A DNA stretch of 55,389 nt, taken from contig JBCCQY010000051.1 of assembly GCA_039208735.1 (NCBI GenBank), positions 1-55,389 on the forward strand. The letters run 5' to 3'. The notes beneath the pieces were generated by a model, which was given only the letters and a program-made list of their open reading frames with translations, ran no database searches and had not been told where the DNA came from. Each line of letters starts with the position of its first letter. Position 1 is the stretch's first letter. The stretch comes from Myxococcota bacterium (GTDB lineage Bacteria > Myxococcota_A > UBA796 > GCA-2862545). The position numbers and the translations under genes were made by a program. Of this stretch, positions 18,625 to 27,594 are shown piece by piece.

Positions 18625-19641
18625 TCAATCACCGTCGTTGTCGTTGAACGTGATGGTGACAGAGAGGTTCTGGGCGAGGTCGACTTGAATCGCAACCTGC
18701 AGGGTGCGTAGGACTTCCTGGGCCCGAACCACGATTTCGGGTTGCACAACAAGCGTTTCAATGAGGGGTTCTGGAACTTCGCCCAGGCGTTCCTCAACGG
18801 TGGCGACGGTTTGGTCGAGATCGGCGACCAAGGCTTCGTCCGTGACGAGTGTGCGAACGGTGCTCCAAACCTCGCTAACGCCGGCCAACGCGTCTCGAGC
18901 GTCGGCGAGGGAACGCCCGCTAAAGCGGGACTCGAGAAGTGTAGGATCGACGGTCCCGCCGTTGTCGTCGCCGAGCGGTTTGCCGAGCTTGGTCGAGCGA
19001 ATGTTCTCAACCGTGAAGGCCATCCGGTTGACCCACTCGTCGAGCACGTCCTGCTCGGTCTGGTAGGGCCGCTCCGAGGGGGTGGTCAGGCGGGGCGTCC
19101 ACGGCTCACGCCAGAGTTCTGCAAGTTCGGCCGCGTTCGCCGCCACATCTCCGGTGGCCCCGGCCAAGGTCTGACACCGGCGATCGTCCGCCATGTAGGC
19201 GTCGAGGGTCTTGTCTCCTTGGCTCCAAAGCAGCGCTTCGACGACCGGCAACCCGCGAAGTGTGGCCCCGCGCGACTGGAACGAGTCGGCGTCAACGGGT
19301 TCGGTGCCCGCAACGAGGGCTTCGATGTCTTCGACATTGACCGGCCAGCGGTCGAGCTTGGGACCCAGGCGTTCAGGGAGTTCCTCGACGGGGCCGAACT
19401 TCACAAGTTCGGTTTCCTTCCATGGCTTACGAGCGTCCCACCATGCGGTGCGCACCGCCTGCAGGCCGTTCGCATCGACCGTGCCGCAAAGGTCGGTCGC
19501 GGCTTGGGCCAGGTTTGCCGTTTCGTTGGCGAACGCGTCGTACCGCGACTGGGTGAAGCGGGTCGCCAACGTGTTGAGGGCTGGCGCAAGATCGATCGAC
19601 TCGGGGGTCATGCAACCGATCCACCAAACAAAGGCGATCAC
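18625..19641 (-). CDS. Imelysin family (peptidase M75-like) lipoprotein lacking the HxxE His
   Basis: GTG 19641 with GGAGG, overlapping the upstream stop; WIGC lipobox-like; FGP, RGLPVVEALLW, KLGKPLG, ESRFS, FNDNDGD C-terminus. Confidence 0.85.
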   Translation of the reverse strand: MIAFVWWIGCMTPESIDLAPALNTLATRFTQSRYDAFANETANLAQAATDLCGTVDANGLQAVRTAWWDARKPWKETELVKFGPVEELPERLGPKLDRWPVNVEDIEALVAGTEPVDADSFQSRGATLRGLPVVEALLWSQGDKTLDAYMADDRRCQTLAGATGDVAANAAELAELWREPWTPRLTTPSERPYQTEQDVLDEWVNRMAFTVENIRSTKLGKPLGDDNGGTVDPTLLESRFSGRSLADARDALAGVSEVWSTVRTLVTDEALVADLDQTVATVEERLGEVPEPLIETLVVQPEIVVRAQEVLRTLQVAIQVDLAQNLSVTITFNDNDGD

Positions 19642-20978
19642 AAGTCCTCCACAAACGCGAGGAGTTCGGTGCGTTCGTCGGCCGTGAGCATCAAGAACGC
19701 GTCGCGAGCGGCTGCGGCTTCGCCCCCGTGCCACAGGATGGCTTCTTCGAGGCTTCGGGCTCGTCCGTCATGCAAGAAGCGCGTGTGGGCCCCTACGTCT
19801 TCAATGAAGCCAAGCCCCCACAGAGGCGGAGTCTGCCATTCGCTGCCCGACGCGCTGCCGAGTGGAGCGTTGTCGGCCAGTTCCGGTCCCATGTCGTGCA
19901 GCAAGAGGTCGGTGTAGGGCCAGATCACTTGGGATGCGAGGGCCGGGAGTGCGGCTTCATCCGCTGTTTCATGGCTCGGGACGTGGCAGCCGGTGCACCC
20001 TGCCGCGTCAAAGTGTGCTTGGCCGCGACGGATGGTCCGATCGTCCGCCGCGCGACGCACCGGGGGCGCCAGGGTGCGAGAGTAGGTGACCACCACATCG
20101 AAGATGCGCGCTTCGACCTCTTCGGGATCGACAGGCTCCGCCTCGGCGCACTCGGGTTGGGCTGCCGTGCAGTCGTCGGTGGACCGAAGCGGACTCGTGA
20201 GGCCCATGTCGCCTGCGAAGGCCCCCGCCGTCTGCTCGGCGACATCGGGCGCATCGCCCTTCCAGCCGAATCGGCCGATGCGCATTCCCGCGTTGGTGTC
20301 CAGCCACTGAATTCGGCCCGAAATCCCGTCACCGTCAGTATCTTCGGGATCGGCGAGGGCCATCAAGCGCTCCTCGGGAATCGCTTCGAGCAGGCCAAGG
20401 CCGATCACATGAGGAGCGACCCTGGGTGAAAGTACGGTTCCTTCCGTCAGGGGCCCGTACGCAAGCTCGGTCAGCACGTAGGTGGGGGCGGCCAATTCGT
20501 AGCGTGTGCCGTCGGCGTATTGGCCTTCGATGGGCGTGGTTTCGATGACCGGAATCGCCTCGGGAGGTAGGTCCGACGTGGCCTGATCTTGGATTTGGGC
20601 CCCGTAGACCTCGTCGGGCGGAGAGACCCGCAACAGGAGCCCCACAAAGGGACCCTGCCCGTCTTCGGGGGGCGCCCCTTTGCCGTCCCGGAAGTGGCAC
20701 GCCGAACAGGACCGGGCATTGAAGAGCGGTCCCAGACCGTCCCGGGCGGTGGTGCTTGCGGGAGCTTCGACCCAGGCTTGGTTGAAGAACCCATTGCCCG
20801 AGAAGAAGTCCATCTCGGCCTCTGGCGACAGGTTGGCCGCGGGGGCTTTGAAGGCGTTGTTGCCGAGCAGCTGCACGTTGGTCGTCTGACCTCCCGGAAA
20901 CCACTGGCGGGTGTCGAAGTCGTCCGCACAACCCGTCAGGGCCACGGCGGTGATTCCGATGAGGCGCAGGCTCGGCAT
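19638..20978 (-). CDS. Di-heme oxidoreductase (DHOR) family c-type cytochrome lipoprotein
   Basis: Lipobox LTGC; heme motifs CSACH and CTGCH; DGLGPLFN, GLGLLEAI, DGDGISG, GRFGWK, YTDLLLHDMG, WQTPPLWG, LHDGRAR, AILWHGGEA. Confidence 0.92.
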   Translation of the reverse strand: MPSLRLIGITAVALTGCADDFDTRQWFPGGQTTNVQLLGNNAFKAPAANLSPEAEMDFFSGNGFFNQAWVEAPASTTARDGLGPLFNARSCSACHFRDGKGAPPEDGQGPFVGLLLRVSPPDEVYGAQIQDQATSDLPPEAIPVIETTPIEGQYADGTRYELAAPTYVLTELAYGPLTEGTVLSPRVAPHVIGLGLLEAIPEERLMALADPEDTDGDGISGRIQWLDTNAGMRIGRFGWKGDAPDVAEQTAGAFAGDMGLTSPLRSTDDCTAAQPECAEAEPVDPEEVEARIFDVVVTYSRTLAPPVRRAADDRTIRRGQAHFDAAGCTGCHVPSHETADEAALPALASQVIWPYTDLLLHDMGPELADNAPLGSASGSEWQTPPLWGLGFIEDVGAHTRFLHDGRARSLEEAILWHGGEAAAARDAFLMLTADERTELLAFVEDL

Positions 20979-20983
20979 AACCA

Positions 20984-22111
20984 CTACTCCGGGATCTCGG
21001 GGGTGAGTTCGAGAAGGGCGAACGCGTCGGACAACAGGTCTTCGGTGGTCCGAAGGCTGGTGACTAGCGCGGCTACGCGGGCATTGCCTTCCGATCCCGG
21101 GGCAATTTCCTGGTCGTAGGGCGGCTGCAACGCATTGGCGAGATCGAGGCTCTCTTGGATCTGCGCGTCGAGTTCGCTGGCCAGATCGCTGTCCAACCGC
21201 TCGACCACGTCGCGCACGCCGGTGCCTGCGATGGCCTCGTAGGTGCCCGTCCACACGTTCAGAATGCCCTGGACATCCTGAATCATGTCGCGGTGGGTGT
21301 TGTCGGAGAAGCAGCTGTGCTCCTCTTCCTGGTCCCCTGCGTCAAGCGAGGCCTGCAGGCGTTCGCCGCCGGTCTCGAAGCCCGCAAGCACGATCATGCC
21401 AGTAAGGATGTCTTCGAACGAGCCCTCGGGATCTCCCTCAAAGCCCGTGCGGTAGGCCGCCTCGGGTGTCCAGGCGTCGTGGACCTGGGTGAGGTGCTGG
21501 ATGATCAGGTCGCCGGTGACGGTGAGGTACAGGCCACGGCGGTCCTGGTTGGCCGCGGTGCCCGACCCGTCTGTGACGTAGTCCGTGGCGGGCCGTTCTC
21601 CAGGTCCGGTTTCGGAAAGGTCCTGTCCCCAGAGCAAGAACTCGACCGCGTGGTAGCCCGTCGCGATGTTCTTCTCACCGCCCGCCTCGTTGAGGCCCTC
21701 GAGGGTCGCCCCGTCGATGGTCTCGGTTCCGTTGACGATGCCGGCATCCGGATCGCCAACGACGTAGTCGATGTAGTTTTCGTCGAGCGGCCAGGCGTTC
21801 AACAGCCCTTCGGGCCCGTCGGTCGGGTTGTCGATGGGGCCGTCATAGAACCGGTACACCTCGGTCTGCAGGTAGGGCTCGCGACTATCGAGCCACGCCT
21901 GCTGGGCTGCGGTGAGGTTGGCCGCCGAAGGGTCGTCGACGAGGGCCTGAAGGGCAGCATCGAGCGTCTCCGCGGTCGAGATCGAGTCGGCGTACGACGC
22001 CTCGGCGATCTGGGCGTAGGTGGCGACCGCATCGCTCGTGTTGCCAGGAAACGTCCCTCCGCATGCGCCAAGCATGGCAAACGAAAGGGAAAGGGAAAGC
22101 CGCGAATTCAT
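20984..22111 (-). CDS. Imelysin family iron-regulated lipoprotein (IrpA/IcmP/LruB-like)
   Basis: ATG 22111 with GGAG RBS; lipobox LGAC; NAWPLDENYIDY, TGYHAVEFLLWGQD (GxHxxE), EEEHSCFSDNTH; strongly acidic. Confidence 0.92.
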   Translation of the reverse strand: MNSRLSLSLSFAMLGACGGTFPGNTSDAVATYAQIAEASYADSISTAETLDAALQALVDDPSAANLTAAQQAWLDSREPYLQTEVYRFYDGPIDNPTDGPEGLLNAWPLDENYIDYVVGDPDAGIVNGTETIDGATLEGLNEAGGEKNIATGYHAVEFLLWGQDLSETGPGERPATDYVTDGSGTAANQDRRGLYLTVTGDLIIQHLTQVHDAWTPEAAYRTGFEGDPEGSFEDILTGMIVLAGFETGGERLQASLDAGDQEEEHSCFSDNTHRDMIQDVQGILNVWTGTYEAIAGTGVRDVVERLDSDLASELDAQIQESLDLANALQPPYDQEIAPGSEGNARVAALVTSLRTTEDLLSDAFALLELTPEIPE

Positions 22112-22128
22112 AGAGGAGCTCCTGCAGA

Positions 22129-22149
22129 TGAAAATGACATTCATTTTCA
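22129..22149. promoter_or_regulatory. Fur-box-like operator upstream of the imelysin operon
   Basis: Perfect 9-3-9 dyad TGAAAATGA-CAT-TCATTTTCA; the central 19 nt match GATAATGATAATCATTATC at 15/19 by manual count; 18-38 nt upstream of the start codon. Confidence 0.85.
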
Positions 22150-22211
22150 CGCTCACCATACGGGAGCGCGCAAGTCACTGCAACGCTGGTCAAACGAATG
22201 GGTCATCGGGG

Positions 22212-24614
22212 CTATGCTTGCCGAACGTGTTGGTCCGAGAGAATGCGGCCTGCCATCGCCATGCCGGAAAGCAAGGCCTCTTCGACCCCTCCGCCGACGA
22301 GCGCGTCACCGCATACGCCGATGCGGCCATCGTCCGAAAGCAGGCAGTCCACACCTACGGGCGTTGCTACCCGGGCGAACCGCCAACGATGCGCCGAGGT
22401 GTACACGACGTGCGAGGCTTGAACGCCAAACGTCTCGCTCAGAATCGACCCTAAGGCAGCCGCAACCTCTTCCTTCGACTGTTCAAGGTGGTTGGTGGTC
22501 CACTCGGGTGTGGCATGAACCGTCCACGCGGGAACGTCAGCGCGTCGACCGGGTTTCGTGTGTTCACGGGCCACGAAGGCCAAGGGGTGGTCGACGAGGG
22601 AGGCGGCCACGAAGTCGACAGGAGGCTCCTCGGAAAGCTGGGTGAGGAGCGCCCACACCGGGGTGGTCACCACGCCTTCAAGGCGAGCCACGAGGGCGGG
22701 GTCGGGTACCAACGGAATCGCCTGGGGGGTGGGCACGGCCACGACGACGACATCGAAGGGGCCGATCGATTCCGTCTCGGTTCGAATCGAACAGGTTTCG
22801 CCCTCGCGCCGCACTTCGGTCACCCGGGTGCCGAGCTGTACGGCGAGGTCGCGATGGAGGTGCTTGAGGAGGTGGCTCATGCCTGGTGTGCCCACGAACT
22901 GGGGCAAGGCGTTGGGATCGGCTTCGAATTGGCCGTCGGACCACGTCCCGAACGCGCCCGTCCATCGTTCGATGACGCCACGCTGGCGCCAAGAACGCGC
23001 ATAGCGGCCCACGCGTTTGTCGCGGATCGTGAATGCGGGGGTGCCGTGATCGAAGGTGGGGCCGTCGGTTCGCCGGGTGGAGCAGCGACCGCCCGCGCCG
23101 CGTCCTTTGTCGAACACCGTGACCTCGAGCCCATGGTCGTACAGGGTTCGCGCACACATCGCCCCGGCGGGGCCAGCTCCCACGACCGCCACGCGCAGCG
23201 AACCGTAGGGCGAACGGGACGTATACGAGAGGTAAGCCGGCACATCGAGGCGCCTCGCGTGGTGGTCGAGGGGGCGAGGACGCACCTTGCCGAGGATGGG
23301 GATTTCCGGATTAAACGGGCGGTCGAAGAGGCCGAGTGCCCACATCAATCCCCCGACCGAGGAGGGGTCCCGTCCGTCGAGCGAATAACGATTGTTGAGG
23401 TCGAACAGGGTGCGTGCGGCGACCTCGGGGCTCTCCGTCCACAACGGAATCGCTTTTGCCCAGGTCATCCGCACATTGTTGTGCAACTCGCCGTGCCGCA
23501 GGTAGTGCAGCTGGGCAGCGTCCCAAAGGTCATCGCCGGATTGCCCCCGCTGCAGCGACTCGAGGTCCAACACCTCACGTGGGTCTCGGGCATGCGCCTG
23601 AAGCGTTTGGCGCGCCCATGCGGGCAGTGCATCGAGGGACTCATGGGCGGTGTGGTGGCGGCACCAGTGATGGGCGAGTTCCCGCCACACAATCAGCTCG
23701 TCAAGGTACTTGTCGGCGCCTGCTCCTCCACGGGCTGCGGACTCGCGGGCGAGTCGGGTGGGGGCCACCATGCCGAAGTGCAGGTACGCCGACATGCGCG
23801 ACACACCGTCCTTCAGCGCGTTGTTGCGAAGCTTCGCGTAGGACCCGATGCGTTTGAGGAACCGGTTCCATCGGGCGTACCCCGCGACGGAACCGCCTTG
23901 GGTGTGGGGCACGGGCCCTACGCTGTGGTCGATGGCGCACGAGGCGACCAGGTCCACGCGGTTCGTCGTCGTCAGATCGATGGGCTCGAACGGCAGGTCC
24001 ACGTCATCAGCCCCTCGCCGCGTAGCGGCGATGACGTCGGCTCCAACCTCTTCCCAAGGCAAACCGATACGGGCATCCAGTTCGTCTTCGATGGCGTCTC
24101 GAAACTTGAAGGCCCGCGAATGCCGGCCCTCCACGAGTCGCGCGGGAACCACGTTGGCGGTGTCGACCGCCCACACCGGCGTCTCGGTGGCCTGGGCGAG
24201 GCCATGCATCCAGCGCCGCAGCGGCTCAATGGGGAGGTCTTCGGTAAGGACTGCCACCGCCTGGTCCGCCAGCTCGGGCAGCCACCTCGGCCGATGCCCG
24301 GGCCGCTCGACGTGCAGGCGGTAGGCGATGCCTCGTTCGGCAAGCTGAGCTGCGACATCCCAGGCCCCTTCGAGGATGAAGTGGTGGATGCGTGCCGAAG
24401 CAAAACGGTAGCGCTCGGTGAGGCCCTGAACGACCAAGAACGGCACATCCAATGCCGCCGCGAGCTGCAAACCGGCGTCGAGGGCCGGATTTTCGAACCC
24501 TCGAAGCCCCACCCGCATCCAGTACAACACGAATGCCCCATCCCCGACGGGAGCCTGGTTTACGCGAGTCACCCGCTCCGACAGGTGCGGGGGCAAACGG
24601 CTCGGCACGGACAC
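22212..24614 (-). CDS. Class II CPD photolyase-like domain fused to a renalase-like FAD/NAD(P) oxidoreductase
   Basis: N-terminal VLYWM...ENPAL, SRMSAYLHFG, YLDELIVWREL, HNNVRMTWAK, DGRDP, FDRP; C-terminal GAGPAG, DKGRGAGGR.STRR, FDHG, HRWRFA, CGD...VEEALLSG; single uninterrupted frame. Confidence 0.88.
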   Translation of the reverse strand: MSVPSRLPPHLSERVTRVNQAPVGDGAFVLYWMRVGLRGFENPALDAGLQLAAALDVPFLVVQGLTERYRFASARIHHFILEGAWDVAAQLAERGIAYRLHVERPGHRPRWLPELADQAVAVLTEDLPIEPLRRWMHGLAQATETPVWAVDTANVVPARLVEGRHSRAFKFRDAIEDELDARIGLPWEEVGADVIAATRRGADDVDLPFEPIDLTTTNRVDLVASCAIDHSVGPVPHTQGGSVAGYARWNRFLKRIGSYAKLRNNALKDGVSRMSAYLHFGMVAPTRLARESAARGGAGADKYLDELIVWRELAHHWCRHHTAHESLDALPAWARQTLQAHARDPREVLDLESLQRGQSGDDLWDAAQLHYLRHGELHNNVRMTWAKAIPLWTESPEVAARTLFDLNNRYSLDGRDPSSVGGLMWALGLFDRPFNPEIPILGKVRPRPLDHHARRLDVPAYLSYTSRSPYGSLRVAVVGAGPAGAMCARTLYDHGLEVTVFDKGRGAGGRCSTRRTDGPTFDHGTPAFTIRDKRVGRYARSWRQRGVIERWTGAFGTWSDGQFEADPNALPQFVGTPGMSHLLKHLHRDLAVQLGTRVTEVRREGETCSIRTETESIGPFDVVVVAVPTPQAIPLVPDPALVARLEGVVTTPVWALLTQLSEEPPVDFVAASLVDHPLAFVAREHTKPGRRADVPAWTVHATPEWTTNHLEQSKEEVAAALGSILSETFGVQASHVVYTSAHRWRFARVATPVGVDCLLSDDGRIGVCGDALVGGGVEEALLSGMAMAGRILSDQHVRQA

Positions 24615-24641
24615 CTCCGTCCGCTGGGGTATCGATCGGGT

Positions 24642-25274
24642 CTAGGCCTGGGGGGCTTCCCCGACGTCATAGACGAAGATCGGGCGCTCTCCCTCTTCGT
24701 CGATGGTGGTCGGGGTCCAGCCCGCGAGGGCATGCTGGTACGACACGACCCGCGTTCCCGGTCGCAGCCGCTCTCGAAGACCGTGGGCAAACCCCTCGGT
24801 GCCCACCGAATACGCCGTGCCCCAAACATAGGCGGCGTCGAACGTGGAAAGCTCCGAGCGGTAAAGGTCGCCCCAACGAATGTGGATGGCATAACCCGAA
24901 AAGCGCGTGCGTAGCCAGCCCACAAACGCCATGAGGGGGGCGGCTTCAATACCCGTACAATCGGCATTTGTGGCTTGCGCGACGGACAGCAACACCCGGC
25001 CATCGCCCGAGCCCAGGTCGACGAACCGATCCTGCTCCGACAGGGCCAGATGGGAAATGATCCGGTCCAGATCTGCGGGCGGCGTAGGCTGCCACGGACC
25101 GTGCGTCCAGGACAGCAGCAGCATGGGTCCGGCCAGCACCATCACCGCGACCTGCCAGGCCAGGCTTGCGCCGCGGGGGAGGAACCACGCGGGGGTCAGT
25201 GCAATGAGCAGCAAGGTGACGGTGAGCAGTAGGTCGCGGCGACGGATGGCTGCGACGGCGTTCGAGTCAAGCAT
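24642..25274 (-). CDS. Membrane-anchored class I SAM-dependent methyltransferase
   Basis: Two N-terminal TMs; PWQPT, DLGSGDGR motif I, GIE, LRPGTRVVS. Confidence 0.85.
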   Translation of the reverse strand: MLDSNAVAAIRRRDLLLTVTLLLIALTPAWFLPRGASLAWQVAVMVLAGPMLLLSWTHGPWQPTPPADLDRIISHLALSEQDRFVDLGSGDGRVLLSVAQATNADCTGIEAAPLMAFVGWLRTRFSGYAIHIRWGDLYRSELSTFDAAYVWGTAYSVGTEGFAHGLRERLRPGTRVVSYQHALAGWTPTTIDEEGERPIFVYDVGEAPQA

Positions 25275-25279
25275 GAAGA

Positions 25280-26074
25280 CTATGGAACATCGACGGGGAG
25301 TTCGTCGTCGTCGTGCGGCGCAGTTTGGCGGGGTTGCGGGCGGGACCGCATGGTGCGGGCTCGGCTGAAGGCCCGCCGAAACTCCTCTTGGGCGACCGTC
25401 GACACGAACTGTCCGCCGTCGAGGGCACCGGGGTGAATGAGGGTGTCAGGGTCGTGCTCGAGCAGGACGGGCGGCGTCGCGCTCGCGGGGCGCCCGGTGA
25501 ACAGGTGCCCGGGCACGCGGTACACGAGTTCGGTGGCCGACAGCGGCAGCACGTCGATGAAGCCCGCCCCTACAGCGATCCGCGCTTGCCCTGCGACATA
25601 CGCAGGGGCCCCGCCTCGGTTCTGGGTGCCTCCAATGGTGTACCAAGGTCCACTCGTGGAGCGGCCCACATACCGACGCACCCCCACGCGACGGGCACCA
25701 GCCCGCAGGATGACGGCGTCATGCTGTCCGCGGAGTCGACCCAGGGCGTCGGGAGCGACGCGGATCGCGGGGCCGGGCATCCGAGCGGCGTTCGGAGCAT
25801 CGGGATCGAGCCGCGGGGGGCGGTTGCCGGTGGCGGGAAGTCGGCGTTCGACGGGCCGCCGGGTGTGAAGGACGAAACGAACCGTGAAGTGGAACCGCAG
25901 GAGCTGGCGTCGAATCGCCGCGGCCGCATCCGGCGTTGGATTGACGACGACGCAAGCTCCGGTGCGAGGGCATCCCATGATGTAGGCAAAGCTCGGCAAC
26001 GCCGAGACCTGCAAGATGCGCCAGGTGTCGTAGCTCATCAGTTCCCCCGCAAACGTCCTCTTGAGGAGACCCAT
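25280..26074 (-). CDS. Degenerate metallo-beta-lactamase-fold protein (glyoxalase II/persulfide dioxygenase-like)
   Basis: FAYIMGCPRTGACVVVNP, FVLHT, HLFTG, TLIHPG and STVAQE follow the family layout, but the metal ligands are missing. Confidence 0.55.
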   Translation of the reverse strand: MGLLKRTFAGELMSYDTWRILQVSALPSFAYIMGCPRTGACVVVNPTPDAAAAIRRQLLRFHFTVRFVLHTRRPVERRLPATGNRPPRLDPDAPNAARMPGPAIRVAPDALGRLRGQHDAVILRAGARRVGVRRYVGRSTSGPWYTIGGTQNRGGAPAYVAGQARIAVGAGFIDVLPLSATELVYRVPGHLFTGRPASATPPVLLEHDPDTLIHPGALDGGQFVSTVAQEEFRRAFSRARTMRSRPQPRQTAPHDDDELPVDVP

Positions 26075-26215
26075 GGTTTGGCGTTGTTGTCAACCGCATG
26101 CCTGCGCACCGCCAAACCCAGGCCGTCCGTGGCGGAAACCCAGACATGCTGCGGATCGTCGAGGGTCCACAATCGAGGTGTGCCACCGTAAGGCAGGGAT
26201 GCACGTGGGGGCGCA

Positions 26216-26713
26216 ATGGGTCGCTGGGCAATCGGAATCGCGTGGTTTGGGATCGCCTGTGTCGTCAAGGACGGGGCGACAGAGGCCTTGGTCGAGCCTG
26301 ACGAGGCGACCGCCGTCCGTGCACGAGGACCCGCCGAGGAACGAGGGCTGGACCGGGCCTCGGCGGTGCCGTTGCGAGGCGGGTACGAAAACGTCCCGAA
26401 GCAGTGGGACAAGGCCAAGATCTTCCTAGATGACAAGCCGGCCGCGGGCGCTCGGGCGTGTTTGTACGATGCCAACACGATCTTGGCCCAGTTCAGCCAC
26501 GGTGAGGCCGAAACGATCTACACCGTGACGCTGCAGCATCCGCCGATGATGACCGCATCGTCGGAAGGGATGTCCGACGAGGCGAACTGGATGCGCATGG
26601 AGAGTCGTGACGACATGGCCCTCTACGAGGCCAAGTTTGGCAAGGATCGCGATGACTTCCGATCGAAGCGGGTGAAAATCGAAGCGCCCGCTGATCTTCG
26701 GCCCTGCCGCTAA
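26216..26713 (+). CDS. Hypothetical exported protein / lipoprotein
   Basis: Signal-like N-terminus ending GIAC; coding-like composition; fills the gap between neighbouring genes. Confidence 0.65.
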   Translation: MGRWAIGIAWFGIACVVKDGATEALVEPDEATAVRARGPAEERGLDRASAVPLRGGYENVPKQWDKAKIFLDDKPAAGARACLYDANTILAQFSHGEAETIYTVTLQHPPMMTASSEGMSDEANWMRMESRDDMALYEAKFGKDRDDFRSKRVKIEAPADLRPCR

Positions 26714-27594
26714 AGCGCGAACGTCCGAATCACCTCGCGGCCGACCTCGACGTCGACCTCCACCGCATCAGCGGGTGGAGTGTAGGTGCGGCCGGTCGCG
26801 GCCTCGATGAGATGACCGCGTGCGTTGTACGCGGTCCACTCCCGGAGGGGCTCGCCCTCGTCCCACCCGGTGGCTGGTGCGGTGAGCACCGTCGAACCAT
26901 CGATTTCGATGGGTACCACTGTGGCGTCAGTGAGGGGCAGGGCGCGAACACTCGAGATGTCGAGCGGGGTTCGTCCCCGGCTTCCCGTCAATTCAGCGCC
27001 GTAAAACGAGCTGTCGAGGGTGGTGAAGCGCCAGTCGCAGTGCCGGTGGGTTTCGTAAACGCCGATGTAGCTAGCCCCTGCCGCGGTGCAGGCTGCGTCA
27101 AGCGCGTCGAGATCGCCGTTCTGAGGGCTGAGATCGAAAGCGTCGCCATATTGGTGGCGGGACGAGGTCGCGGAGCCCGGGATGGTCGCGTTGTAGCCGG
27201 GGCTTCGGTAGCCGCTGGTCACGTCGATCGCACCGACCGCATCGCGGAGTTCTTGCAGCCGTTCCACCGCGTGGGGCTGGACCACAGCAAAGGCGCCGTT
27301 CGCGGGATCGGCGAGTTCAAAGAGCTGGAAGTTCGGCGCTACGGAAAGCGCGAGATCCACCGCCTCGAGATCGAGGTAGCGTAAGGGCGCTGAGTACTGG
27401 GCAGACCCTTGGTATGGCTCGGGGTAGTCGTAGTCGGGGTCACGGATGTCGGACGCGTTGGTGAGTTCGAAACACTGGTCGTTCGACTCATCTGGCCCGA
27501 GGTAGCAGGCTTGCCCCTGACGGTTGCATCCCATGCCCATGCTCGTCAGCAGCACGACGCTGCAGCCCCCTGCGATCTGTCTCCGACCCACCAT
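26710..27594 (-). CDS. Peptidase M15A (D-Ala-D-Ala carboxypeptidase-like Zn metallopeptidase), probably a lipoprotein
   Basis: NFQLFEL, TSGYRSPGYN, SRHQYGDAFD, HRHCDWR; hydrophobic segment ending GMGC. Start uncertain (27594 or 27675). Confidence 0.82.
   Translation of the reverse strand: MVGRRQIAGGCSVVLLTSMGMGCNRQGQACYLGPDESNDQCFELTNASDIRDPDYDYPEPYQGSAQYSAPLRYLDLEAVDLALSVAPNFQLFELADPANGAFAVVQPHAVERLQELRDAVGAIDVTSGYRSPGYNATIPGSATSSRHQYGDAFDLSPQNGDLDALDAACTAAGASYIGVYETHRHCDWRFTTLDSSFYGAELTGSRGRTPLDISSVRALPLTDATVVPIEIDGSTVLTAPATGWDEGEPLREWTAYNARGHLIEAATGRTYTPPADAVEVDVEVGREVIRTFAL

Noticed and set aside
22083..22099. (GAAAGG)n repeat in the imelysin signal peptide as a phase-variation site
   Set aside because: Fewer than three units, and the 6-nt unit preserves the frame; it simply encodes LSLSLS.
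22488..24914. 808-aa plus-strand ORF
   Set aside because: Antisense shadow of the photolyase fusion with no motifs; long antisense ORFs are expected in high-GC coding DNA (likewise 1298..2854, 4327..5589, 21155..22645 and 28891..30237).
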